The notes under the pieces: generated by a model
What the model was told of the DNA's origin: nothing
Seen by the model: only the letters and a program-made list of their open reading frames with translations
The model's database searches: none
Program-made: the position numbers and the translations under genes
Source of the DNA: Ascidiella aspersa
Taxonomy: Eukaryota
Direction: 5' to 3'
Assembly (NCBI GenBank): GCA_963924565.1
Contig: OZ004615.1
Coordinates: 21,514,001 to 21,578,000, forward strand
DNA: 64,000 bases
Shown: positions 50,859-63,335 of the stretch, piece after piece
Layout of the letters: every line of letters begins with the position of its first letter
Numbering within the stretch: position 1 is the stretch's first letter

Positions 50859-53093
50859 CCATATAGCCTTGGCTGCAGTGCAGTTTAATAACGATAAATA
50901 ATTCTTAATTAAGTCTTTGAGCTGGCAAAGTTTTGACTTCTCAATAGGTTTTAAACCGACATAGACAATATTAAACCCTATAGTCAAACAGAAATAGTTC
51001 GACTTGTAACTCATGGTCATTTTAATAGCTCACCAGTATGAGGGTAGTTACTGATCAACCAGACACGATTCCAAATGTTTGGCGATTGGAACAATGTATC
51101 TGCAGTGAGCTCTCAGGCCAGGCCAGCATTCGAGCACGAAAATGTTTGCGTAATATGTCGGAAAACTTGAAACTAAACGCGTTTGGTCTACTCTATTGTA
51201 GACGATCATTCAGTATTATGTTGATAGTAAAAATGCTACGCTCGAGGTATCAATTGTAAAATTAAGGGATTAGTGGAAGAGGTATACAAAAAAAGTAAAT
51301 ATAATGTCCATCGTACTTTTAGCCAAGTAAAAACAAGTAAAAAAACATTCGCTTTAAAAATTTATTATGTAGTGATTTAGTCTATCGTATTTAAAAAAAA
51401 ATCAGACACCTGCGATAAAAATTACAACTTTACTGCAAAAAGACAATTCGTTGATATTTAAGGTAAAGTGGGACAACCACGGCAAAAATTTAAACACGGG
51501 GTTGCCTATAGTTAGTTTTAGCGGAAACGGAAAATTAACCAAATAATTTCATCAGTTTTCGCGTAAAGTTAAGTTTTATTGCCCTGCGATCGCCACCCTT
51601 TCGCCCGACAGCACTTTCGGCCAGGTTTCAGGCTAACGAGCGGGATACGGGTCCCTGCTGATCCAATTGATTGGCAATTACAAGGGGTGGTGTTCCTGTC
51701 AGTGGCCGCTGAAGGGATGACAGTGATTTTTACACCTTGGTGCCAACTGCTCGACACCCCACTTAGTCTGTGTAATCTGCGCTCGGCCGCGTCAAGTCCT
51801 TTTCACTTCGATTAATGTCAGCTCGTTAGTTTCGGCCTCTATAGAGTGTGTGTATTGGCATTCGAACGTCGGTTGTAATGCAAGCAGACAGGACGGAAAT
51901 TTTAAACGTTATTGAAACAGTTTTAATAAAAAAGGAACGATGTTAGAACTGGTCATTGCATAAGGTTATTGGTACGAGAGGTTAAGGTATGAAACAGGAA
52001 ATGGTTTCCGAGGATAAATTGTATTATTAGGTTAGTACCCTTATTGAAGTTCAGACAGTGGCCATTATATTGATTTTATACTTGGTTGTTGTAGTTTTAG
52101 GCAAACAGATTAAAGGATTTGTGCGCTATACAAGAAGAATTATTTCGATAGTTAGTGTGCAAGAAGAAATATTTCGTTCTTCTTTCATAGAAGAAACCCA
52201 TTTTTACTGAAAAGAATTTAAATAATTGTGATTTTTGAATAGGCGGGATGAAAAATAACTGAATGTAATACCATAATATTTGAAAGTCGTTTGTCCAAAA
52301 AACTTAGTCAGGTCAAGTTATTTTGGTCAAAATACTTGAATCAAGTGTCCTGTGTGCGCTTAAGTCAAGTCAACAAAGTCAATCCACAGTGGATTGTATG
52401 TACAAAATATATGTTATTTCCCGTAAGCTGGTAATGCGGTACGAATGAGAGGCGGAACTATTATCCAAAAAGGTGAACTCTTTACAATTGTAAGGTAACA
52501 GTTCAAAGCTATAGGTGTATCAAGTGACGTGACGGAAGTATCACGTGCATAACATACGCTAAACAGTGCACAAAAATACCTAACAACGTCGTAATACCGT
52601 CGACGCAGACTCAAATTTCCGCTATTAATCAATAAAACCGCAAAAAATAGCCGTGACCTTTTCGTGCGCCGCATTTTTTGGTACGAAAAAGATCCTTAAA
52701 TGTATACATAATTCCCCGCCGTGTATTGAATGAGTCTCTAGATTCGCAAATATTGTGATGGAATAACGCCGGAAAAATCGATCTATTTTCATGCGCTCGA
52801 AAGAACTGACATGCTCCCCGCAAATTTATTGGCGATAATGTTTTTTTTTGGCTGGAAAGGGGGCAAATATAAGGGAAATACGTGGACAACGGGAAAGGTA
52901 TAAAACGCGCTTTTGTCATTCAAACATATAGAAAAGGTTACTGTTTAGCGCACGAATAGCTACGTTCAGTAACCGATTTTTGTTGCGTTTTTAGCAGAGC
53001 CAATGCAATATTTTCAGTTTTATGTGTTAATCTAGTTCTATAGTTTATCAGTTTGCGCCCCAGCTTTTATAAGTCATGCTTTAAACATTCTTA

Positions 53094-53194
53094 GTCACCT
53101 TAACTGAAGATGATACAAGTTCGAATCGAAACGACTTAAGCAAGATGATGTCGATTTACCCGGCCCGTTCGGCTTTGTAATTTATTATCAAGCT
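53094..53194 (+). mobile_element. Right-arm copy of the hammerhead element
   Basis: CTTAA CTGAAGA T GATAC AAGTTC GAATC GAAAC GAC TTAAG (53099-53140), then gatgatgtcgattt..ttatcaagct. Confidence 0.7.
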
Positions 53195-54339
53195 GGTTTA
53201 TCAGGTTTTAGCAATTTTTTTTTAGCCAATATAGTTAAGGTAATGCAACTTTAACTTGCGATTGACAGCGGTAACTAACAACCTTTGAACAGGGCTTTTT
53301 TGTCAGTTAAACATAGGGGTTTCGTCGTGCTGTTGTTCTCCCGACCTTCTCCTAAATGTAATTTCTGACGTGATTCCAATTTTCGACCTTACAGTTTACG
53401 TATAGGTTTTCTCCCGTAGTCCCTAAAACCACTTTTCGCACGCGACACTGTCCGTGTACAATGGAATGTTTTTCACCGTGGCGACAGTATGTTTGTTCCG
53501 AAAGCACATGAAGGGTAAAGCAAAAGCTACAGCCCATGTCCAAAGGATTTGCCCCTTCGTGCCGTCTTAAACGTTCTGATTGTTTGGATTGGCACCGCGA
53601 CATTTAAAGCTATTTCTAAATTCCATTCACTGGTTTTTTCGTAGACGCAATGAAGTTTTATTTCATTTTCCAAGCAATATCTCTATATAATGTATAAAAA
53701 TATCGTTCCTTTCGTTTAGGGTTTGGTCAGATAATGTAGTCCCCAATGGTGTGAAAACAACACAAAATAAACTTAAAAGAACTGTAAAATGGTCATGCAA
53801 GCTTAGGTATCCTAATGGATGGATTTCGATAAATGGACATCTACCATTGTCGGGAATTCGTTGCTGTAATGGCCGAAAGCTCAGCGGCCGGATTTCAACT
53901 ATTTTGAGAACTTTAGAGATAAAAGTCTGGGAATTATTTCTACGTCTTCGATCACTTTGGCGTTGTAGTACGCGACAACCTTAAGCTTGGAATGTGAAAG
54001 GGTTTTTCACTTGAAATTTGAACCTTTCTGGACGCCCGTATAAATGAGAAGAACTTTGTTTAATGTAATATGGTCAATGGACTTGTTTAAATTTATTTAG
54101 GACAGCTTTGTTGACGTAACCAAATTTAATTTATGTTAGCAAAAATCGCATTTAAATCGGCTGTTTATCCAAAATTCGTGTTTGTTATCGTTTACAGTTT
54201 GTACGTTAGTTTGAATACACTATAAGCTTAATTTTTTATGCTTAGTCTTTGGCAGTCGACCTTAGTTTCTAAGAAAAGTGCTAATGTTATTTATGTTTTG
54301 CCCTAATGAGGCTACTTAACGCCAGTTTATCTTAAAGGT

Positions 54340-54357
54340 GTTTGACTTTTCTTGTAG
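54340..54357 (+). promoter_or_regulatory. Orphan splice acceptor upstream of the 54462 ATG (5'UTR cis-splice or SL trans-splice site)
   Basis: gtttgacttttcttgtag, 104 nt before the ATG, with in-frame stops between them. Confidence 0.4.
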
Positions 54358-54461
54358 GCTCATCAATAACCAGAAAACACGAAGTTTGACAGTAGGGTTT
54401 TTAAACGTAAACACGTTCTTATTACGTCATAATCGGACTTGCCTAGTCGTCGCAAATCGCA

Positions 54462-55107
54462 ATGCGCGACGATGAGGTCGACTGTTTCTCGGAGCTTGAA
54501 AGGGTCCTGGCCGAAATGGAGGCCCTGACGCCGGTCCTGAACGCCCGGGCCCGTGCCAGGACGCCCGGTTCCAGTCCGGAGAACGTTTGGGTCAAGAGGG
54601 TCGACGACAACGACAACCACTTGGTTTCGCCCTTCGAGCAATCGCGAATCTTAAACAAGGCGGTCGCGGCGAAAAAAAACAAATCCCTGATGCGAAAAAG
54701 CGCGGCGCCGGCCCCCGGGGTCGCCCCCAAGCTGATCAGGGACCGCCCCAGGACCGGCCAGTTGGGCGAGGCGCCTCTTAAGGCTCGCAAACCCACCGCC
54801 AGGCGGCACACTGTGTCCCTGAACGGCGCTAAAAGCAACTACGTGCGCTTCGACGACCCGGCTGACCAAATGACCGCTCTGAGGAAACTCAACATGGCCG
54901 GCTTTTACGGCTCCCAAGACGCCTCAGTGTCCGGGGCCTATTTTCTTCCGCCGAAAAGCAACGGCTTTCGCGGCGCTTCGGACAGCGTGGCCGTGCTGAA
55001 ACCGCGCGATAACAACAAGCAACGCGGCGCCGTCAAAAGCGACTCCGGCGTTGCTGGCGTCGGCCGACGAATCGCCCGACTTGGTAGGGGCTTTGGTTTG
55101 GGGCTCG
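54462..55107 (+). CDS. TNS: Probable alternative first coding exon of a short tensin isoform
   Basis: GC-rich 221-aa ORF with ATG and an in-frame stop 5 codons upstream; two phase-1 donors (G|gtaggg 55084, G|gtatgc 55108) fit exon I about 400 nt downstream. Confidence 0.72.
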
Positions 55108-55509
55108 GTATGCGGATTTTTGAATGATTGCCGATATGGCAACACTTCTGAGCATCTGGATAATCTCTCTTTCCACTTTAGCGTTAAGTTTAAAAGCAAA
55201 TGTTGCACGTTTCGCATTTGAATGATTTAAATAAAAAACACTGCCTTTAACAGTTTTTGGCGGGCTTTGAACGTGTGTTTGCAAACGGTGGTGTGTGTGA
55301 AGAGGTTTCGGTTCGAAAAAAAAACTTATTTTTTCTGAACCTTGTGTGTTTATTGTGCGGTTGAAATGCCAGTGAACGGGTGACTGACATATTTTGTGTT
55401 TTGGTTTATTGTTTGTTTACGAACGCCTGGGGACATTTTGTAAGACGAATTCCTTTATGTTTTTCCAGATCTGACATATTTTTAACCTTTCCCATCTCTA
55501 ACTTTGCAG

Positions 55510-55564
55510 AGAATCGACTTTCGGTTGGCAAGGAAGATGATGTCTTCACCCCAGGACCACAAGC
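55510..55564 (+). CDS. TNS: Tensin exon I (55 nt)
   Basis: Branch-like tctaac, acceptor tttgcag, donor GC|gtaagt; phase 1-2; NRLSVGKEDDVFTPGPQA. Confidence 0.83.
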
Positions 55565-56115
55565 GTAAGTTGAGATTGCTCATAATTCGTGAAATATTTT
55601 AAAACGCAAGTGATTGTGACCATAACATCTTAGGCGGTATTTGAATAGCAGGTTGTCCGCTATTTTTTAGTAGCAGACCGTTGTGTACAGTAACGAAATA
55701 AAGGGTAGTATCGGTACCGATCCTAAACCAAATTAAAATAAGAATTGTAGCCATAATCTGCAAACTGATACACCGATGTCTACCTTAAAAGAAAAGTTTA
55801 TCAAAATATTCAAGTTAACAATGGAAATAACTCAACTTATTTACGCAAGAGCAACTTCTGGCCTAATAACCTGGAAAAATGACCTTTGAACGTTTCTTTC
55901 GATTTCATCTATTTTGCCAGTTTTTGCATAGTAGTGACGTCATTTTATATCGGATCAGATCGCAATACTTTTGTCCGAAATATCTGATATCGATTTTGGA
56001 TTAAAAAGTCCAGTATCGGACATCTCTAATGTGTACGACATATAGAATATATCGTACCAAAAAAAAAAAAAATCCTTATGCACCCAACATCTAGTAACCC
56101 CCACTTTGTCCACAG

Positions 56116-56320
56116 GGCCCCACTTCCTTCGTACCCCCCTAAGTCGTCCAAGACCCGGCCGGCCCAGCAGCAGATCAGCGCCACGTCCCCGCCCCCCTCG
56201 GCCCAGACCCTGGCCCAGCCCCCCTTAAAAAAGGTCACTAGCCCCAACCCAGTCGAAGATAGACTTTCCCCGGAGCTGTTCCTCGCTATGACGTTGAATC
56301 CGGGCGGGAGGCCAGTCGAG
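56116..56320 (+). CDS. TNS: Tensin exon J
   Basis: Acceptor ctttgtccacag, donor GAG|gtaaga; phase 2-0; LSPELFLAMTLNPGGRPVE matches recalled TNS1 VSPELALTIALNPGGRPKE. Confidence 0.93.
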
Positions 56321-56983
56321 GTAAGAGAATAGCTGAATGTTCCGCTGTTTGTGTTGTTTGGGTGCTTTGGATGTTGACAAAATAGTCGAACTGCCTGAAT
56401 CAGTCGCTAACGATTCAAATGGAAAGTATATTTTATTGGAACTCGGTTTAATTTGACATTTTGTTCAGCTCTGTGGGATGTTTTGGTGTATTAGGTGTTT
56501 ACAAAGTTGCTTGGATCGCCATCAATCAGTCGCTAACGAATTAAATGAAGTATTATTGTTTATAAGTATTATTTATAGGAACTCTTTTTTGTTATTATTT
56601 TTTATGTAGGAGTTTAAGTTGACATTTGCTTTTGCCTGCGAACGCGGGTGACCTTAGTTTCAACTCGATCGCCAGAACAAGACACGCGATAATCCGTCCA
56701 TGAACTAATCCTTTTCTGCGGACAACGTCGCCAACTTTTTATATATGATACTGTTGTTATACTAAACGTGTCTTCCTCTATTTGGTGCTGAGCTACATAG
56801 TTGACGCATGATGTTTTCTATCGGTTTGACTTTTCTTAGAAGGGACAGAAATTACAAAATCTAAATTAACTTTTCAAGTAAAATTGTAAGATTCTGCTGA
56901 CCATTGTAAAAGAGGGAGAAAGTATTTAATGTGCAAAGAATATTTTTGGTAATAATCATTTTATGTCTATTATTTCTTTAAAA

Positions 56984-57150
56984 TACGTAGTAAGAATATT
57001 AAAGCCCATACAGAAGTAGGATCATTTTGAACGTTTTGAATACCGTATCTCTTTATTTATTTGTTTTCAACATTGGTTGAAAATGAATAAAGAGGTATTC
57101 ATAACGTTGGTACGTACTTCTGTATGGGTTTAATATGCTTACATCTTGCT
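56984..57150. mobile_element. Fold-back MITE, same family
   Basis: aatattaaagcccatacagaagta / tacttctgtatgggtttaatat. Confidence 0.8.
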
Positions 57151-57561
57151 ACAACCACCAACCATTAATGCTCCCATCGTTTGAAATACGTTTTGGATTT
57201 TACATTTTACCATGTACGATACATGATGTCGCAGTTTTTCCCACATCTACCATAAATAACACCAAGGATTACCCACTTAAAAAAATAATTTTAATTAAAA
57301 ATACCATCTTTATTTTTGGCTTTCTTCTTTTGTTCTTCCTTATCAGTCGTTTTTCAAATTTTTTCGACTCCGTTATTTCGTCGCCAGGATTTAGTGACCT
57401 GACCACCTTCAAAGTCCTTAAGCAGTCCGTGTCAGTTAAGTCCTTAATATCGTGTCATTCAAGTCCTAAATGTCGTGCCATTTGAATCCTAAATAATGTA
57501 TAACAATACTTCAACGTTTATACAAACACGAGTGCTGCATAATCGCTTCTTTTTCACGCAG

Positions 57562-57709
57562 AACATCCACAGCTTCAAAGAGGATCTAGATCCGGACAAA
57601 GTGCCGCAGGACACGGTTGACTGCGCACCTCCCCTTACTCCTGGATTCCCACTTGATCCAGCAACTCCAAACACCCCCTACTTCAACGCTACATCATCCC
57701 CTGAAAAAG
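57562..57709 (+). CDS. TNS: Tensin exon K
   Basis: Acceptor ttctttttcacgcag, donor AAAG|gtatca; phase 0-1; NIHSFKE (TNS1 HLHSYKE) and PLTPGFPLDPATPNTPYF. Confidence 0.92.
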
Positions 57710-57745
57710 GTATCAACTTGAATTATATCACAGTATAGCCTAAAG

Positions 57746-57979
57746 CAGTTCTTCTTAAACTTATTTAGTTTTGTTCACCCCTAGCATCTATCTCCAGATT
57801 TCATTCACCCTTTTCTAATGATATGATAAAACTATCTCGTCTATTATAACAGCACAAAATGACTTAGGTTGTTATTATCCATTTGTGACGGTTCACCTTA
57901 TTCACCCCTTTCGGTTGGTTCACCCCTGTAAAATTTTATTTACCCTTTGGTGAACCATTCACTTAATTAAGAAACACTG
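57746..57979. mobile_element. hAT MITE with ttcacccc repeats
   Basis: cagttcttcttaa / ttaagaaacactg; TSD gcctaaag / acctaaag. Confidence 0.78.
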
Positions 57980-58374
57980 ACCTAAAGAACGCATTGTACA
58001 TAACAAACTAATTTGGCCCGCCTACAAGACTAGATTTTGCGATTAAAATGCATTTTAAGAATCCTCTATGTGAGTAAAGTCTCATATTTCCAGCGCGGTC
58101 CTTTCCCATCAATATATTTTGGTGCCGCTTTAACTCTGACGCTTAGACTCTGTGTTTTCAGTTTCCACCAAGCTTTTGGTATTCCCAAATTTAGTTTCAT
58201 GTTCCGATTATAATTACGATTGGTGTTTCTGATTGCAAACCGTCTAAAGCCTAAACTTGGTCAAAGAGAGAAAATAAAATAAAAACGAAATGCAACCTAC
58301 ATTATATACTCTTTTAATTGGGCCCCTAAGTCAACTCCTGTGATTATGTTTGCTAATATTGCGTCCCTTTTTAG

Positions 58375-58488
58375 GCCACACTCCGTTCGGACTTTCGAAA
58401 ACTCCTCTGGCCGCTCTGGGACTCAAACCGTCGGAACAACCGACTCCTTCGTATCACGAGCAACTTGCGCAAGAACAGGCTGGCGAAG
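58375..58488 (+). CDS. TNS: Tensin exon L
   Basis: Branch tgctaat, acceptor ccctttttag, donor GAAG|gtatgt; phase 1-1; GLSKTPLAALGLKP matches recalled TNS1 GLAKTPLSALGLKP. Confidence 0.93.
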
Positions 58489-59665
58489 GTATGTTTATTT
58501 GTACTTTCTTTGTCCGATTTTTATATGGCGGAGGTTTTGCAGCCATTTTCAATGTGTTCTCTGTTCAGTAAGTTTCCCTCGTTTTTGAGATTAGGAAATA
58601 ATAAGAAACATTCTCAGAAACACACAAGATGCTCTCCGTAAGGTTCTTGTGTATGGCTTCCGTTATCGTTACAACTCCAGGAGTCCTTAATCAGAGAATG
58701 CCCATTGTGTGTACGCATGTATCAGTTGTATTCAGAAACTAATTATAACACACACGCGCACAGATATACATCCAAATAATTACACACATGAACTAACAGG
58801 GGTAGGTTAAAACACTACACAGGTACATGCCCAACAGCATAAAGACGCACTTAAGTGAAGCCGGTAGTTTGTTTTGCGCTATGGCGCCTACCTGCAATGC
58901 AGGATAATGGATAAATAGAGGAAAGCTATATTTTAATGTAAAATTGAGTGAATATGTATCCACTCTGTAAAACTAGATTGAACATTTGAAAACCTTTCCA
59001 GCAAATTAACCTCAACTGCTGAAAAAGTGCGGAAATACACTACATTTCCGACAGGGCGCATGTTCTTTATACAAACTTTAACTTTGTCACAAAAATTTCC
59101 CGGTCCTATAGGTCTAAAACTTACAGAAGTGATTGGTATTAGGAGAGCTGGCCTTAACGACAATGGCTTTAACAACAAACATCAACAATAGCTTTAACGA
59201 CAAACATTTTCCACAAAGTTAAGAAGGGATATTGACCCAGTTATGTGCCGAGGTCGCAATTTTCATTCAGCGCTGGTATGCCGTCGACGTCACCGGTCAG
59301 TGTTTGCCCTGCTGTTACGTCACAAATGGCATTCCATTGTTGCGTGTGCTGTCCAAACTCGGACGTCCATCCGGCTCGCTTGGCAAACAGAGCGATACCG
59401 TGTTGTTGTTTTATTCCAAGTGCTGTCCCGTGTAATGTACACAGCAGCCCGTTTACGATTCCATCGGCGCACATTATCTGTGTTCTTTTTCCGTGTGTTT
59501 ATTGCACGTATTCTTTCGTGTGGAAGTTTGTACGCCCTCGCGATCTGCGGAATGCTGCAATGATTTTATTCCACTTTAGACGTGTGATCTCTCACGACAC
59601 CATGCGGTGGTAAAACTTTTTTCCACCTGAAAAATTTTTTTTCGCAACGGTTTTAACTGTTAAGT

Positions 59666-59974
59666 CAGTGGTCCTCAAACGGGTTCCGAAGCGCCCTGTT
59701 GTGACATTTCTGATGCTCGCGGGTTTCGATAGGTATTTGAGAATTTGAATCTGATTTTTTGCTCAATTAGTAATCTTTTTGATAGAACTATTTGTGTACG
59801 ATTAGAGACAAATATATAAAATGACATTTTTCTACACGTTTTAAGTTGATTGTATTGTTCCAGTTCCATTTATAATGGCATTTCAGTAAAATACTAACGA
59901 AAATCCCAGTCGGGGTGCCAAAAATATATTTGTTAGTTTTGAGGGGTGTCGTAAAAAAGGGTTGAGAATCACTG
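59666..59974. mobile_element. hAT MITE
   Basis: cagtggtcctcaa / ttgagaatcactg. Confidence 0.68.
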
Positions 59975-62900
59975 CGTTTGATAAATTATGCGATTCACAG
60001 TAAACACTTTAAATGGGCAGCTGTTGAAATAGTAAACATCAGGAAAAATTGTTATCAATAAGACCTTTTAGATACTTCAAGACTTACATATAATTATTTA
60101 TTTGATTACATAAATTGCTATTAGTAATCGAATCAAGTAAATACAAGTAATTCGTACGTTGAATCACGTAAGTTAGTTTCGTTTCCGAGAAATATTATTT
60201 TAATAAACCCTAAATGAGTGTTAGCCCTAGTTCAATCATCGTTGTTCTTGAACCTATACCTTACCCTCACCTAACTTATGTTGTGCAAGCTGCATTGTCA
60301 CATGCTTTGTGTGAGTGGGACATGTCGTTAGCATACATTAACGACAGGGTTTCCCTATGCGACCCATGACATCATAGTCAAATATGACTTTTGATCTTTC
60401 AACCGACCTACTCGAAAATCTAATCGAACAACGATATCACTGTAAGTATGATACACATCTCCTTCAAATCGGACTTTGTCATAAATTGATCTTTGTACCG
60501 CTTTTACTTGTCCCTTTTTTTTGAGCAGCTGTGATAACTTTGGTAAACTTTTCATCTGGTCATATAGCTTATTTCCTGAAAGATAACAAGAAAAACAGTT
60601 TGGTCAGCGTTGACTAATAGTTCAGTAATATCACTGTTCTGGACACCTCTTTATTATCAACAAAGGTACTTTTATTTAGTTTGGTGGTTGGTAATCTTTA
60701 TAGCACCCACCAGCGAGTAAAAACAAGCATGTTAAAGCGTATAGTTCCACCAGTGATTTTTAGATTTTAAAGCCATTCGTAAGCTGCTGATTGCTAAACA
60801 ACGTAAATTATGACCTTTGTACAGTTAAGTCAACTGTTCATGCTAAAATCGCATATTTGCACGCAGCTGTGTGACGTCACAAAAGTTTGTTTTCTTTCAA
60901 ATCAAAATTCCAACATCAGAGCGTTCGCCGACTTCTCACTGGGAGGTATAATTCAACAGAAAACCACTCCAAATCGACTTTTTGTTATTACTGGCGATAC
61001 TTTCAAGTCCTTATATGGAAACGCGCGGTATTGCATTAGTCCACATGGCCATTTGTGATCGAGTAATTTTCAAAATTTGATCTTTAGACTATTGTACTAT
61101 AGCCTAGTTGTCTTGATTTTGGACGAGTTCGGCAAACTTCAAAGCCAACTCGATCAAACGACCAACCTTATTCGTTGTTTGGGCATGTTTTGTTGTTTAG
61201 TAGAGCAGGGTGCAGGTTAGCGTTTTGTAACAAGAAAGTTAAAGAAAGTTGTTTCCGTTTTTCTCGCCTCGATTTTTTAAACTGCCTTCGGTTGATAACA
61301 TCACAGCATTGGTGAACTGGAAATGTTTTAATGTTTTATCTGGATGGAAACAGCTGAAGAAACATACTGTAAGATGGGGGTATGGGTAAACAGGTGCTTG
61401 TATTACCCTTACAGATGCCTAGTAGAACCCTAAAGAAGTAAAACAAGCCATTAGTGTCCCAAAAACCTATCCCCAGGCGTTTACAGCCTCCGCAGGGCGA
61501 CCGTATCTGATCTCGATCTGTGATCTGCTTGTGTGTATTGCCTGCAGTTTACCATCGGGGTGCTAATTTGATTTGCCGGACGATTGCCGTATTCTGCGCA
61601 CCAAAGCTAAGAGCCAACTGCTGTACGTAATAACACGGACAGGATATGGCATGTGCATGTGATAAATAGACGCTGCTTAAAAGACCTGTCCCTTGTAAAG
61701 ATTGTATCTCGTTGTAACGTAATGTTTTCACGGAACTCTTGTTTGGCCTGAATGATGCTGCTGTTGTATTATGATTATAATTTCATGGTATTCTGTGTGG
61801 CGTTTGTGTATACTGATTAGGCGTATCATACAAAGTAAGATTGAGAAATCTGTATATCCTATCATCGATTAAAATATGAAAATGTCATTTGGCAATAGGC
61901 ACTTTTTAAAAACACTTTATTAGAGTCATGACTTCCGTTTTAAAGATTAAGTATGAAGTATTTTTTTATTGCATATTTAGTTTTAGATAAATGACTAGGT
62001 CCCCAAACATTTTTCTAATTTGTGATCAAAATTTATTTTGCAATATTTCTATAGCAACACGTTTAATATTACAACGGTGATTTATTCCGCACCATGACGT
62101 CATACCCTGGGAAATGTATTTTTTTTGTAAAGTTTAAAGTTTTTTCTTATTTTTACTTGTCGGGTCATTGACTGCGGATGGCGTTCACATGGATTAGTCA
62201 GCAGTCGTAATCCTGACTAATAATTCGCACCAGCCAGAATTCCAAGAACTAAGAAGCACCAGAATGTGTGGGACGTTATATCCGGCCGATTCAAGTAAAA
62301 ATGCCTCGACGCTTAATTTTCGCAATAACCGCCGAGAAGTTTGCGATGCCGTTTTGCGTTACCTTTTATGGAAAGCTTAAAGTCTATAGTATGTAACCAG
62401 CTTGCGTGTTTTTTTCGTAAGAGGTTCCCTTCTAAACGGATCTTAATCCATTTAGACATAGTTTTTTTAAAGGCATAGTTATTTTTATGCTTTCGTTTAT
62501 TTTCCCATTTTGTGTCAATAGGTGTTAAGGTTCTAAACAAATGCAAATGGGGTTAAAACGGAGTGTAGTTTTTTTGTACCAGCCAAGTATAAGTACATGG
62601 TTTTGTAAATCCCAACTTTAACCATCGTAATGCGAAGAATTTAAGCAAAGAGATTAAAGCTTATTATAGCCCGTCGTTGCAATACTGAACTCTTATTGTT
62701 TCTATACATTTATAACCTACTGAAGTCAGTAGTTTTACTTTATTTTGACAACAACTATATTTTGTTTTATAATTGCCCGATGGAGGAATGTCGGAATGTG
62801 TTTTAATAAAAAAAATCAATAACACAAAGAACACGCCATTTAAAGCAAGTCAAGCCGCACTGCTTGGCTAACTTGGTCAGTTGCTTTGTTGCGCTAGGTT

Positions 62901-63177
62901 ACCTTTGTTTAGCCACTAGTTCTTCAAAGGAAATTTAAAATCGAATTCGGGAAACCCTTTTTGGTCGTTGCGTCGTTAACTTACGTCATCAAGTGTAAGT
63001 GCGTATTTAACCAAACTAGTACAACGAGTATTATTATAGCAACCAACGTTTCTCTTTGGCTGTAGAGTAGCAGTCTGCGGTTTGGTCTGTTTCGTAAATA
63101 CCCCGGTTGTTGTTGCTTTTGAAGGTTTATTGTTCCTTTTACGCATGTCAGGCGTAGTATAGTCTGTGTGTAATGTT

Positions 63178-63335
63178 CTGCTTTCGTGAAACAACTATAC
63201 CCAAAAAGCCAATACTTTTATGTTTTATTTTTCCGTTTCAAACAATAAAACAAAATCATTTTTCTGCTTTCGTGAAGCAGATATACCCAACCAGTTTATT
63301 CTTTTATGTTTTATTTTTCCGTTTTCAACAATAAA
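63178..63335. repeat. Tandem duplication, ~86-bp period
   Basis: tctgctttcgtgaa..tatacccaa..cttttatgttttatttttccgttt..aacaataaaa occurs twice. Confidence 0.88.
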
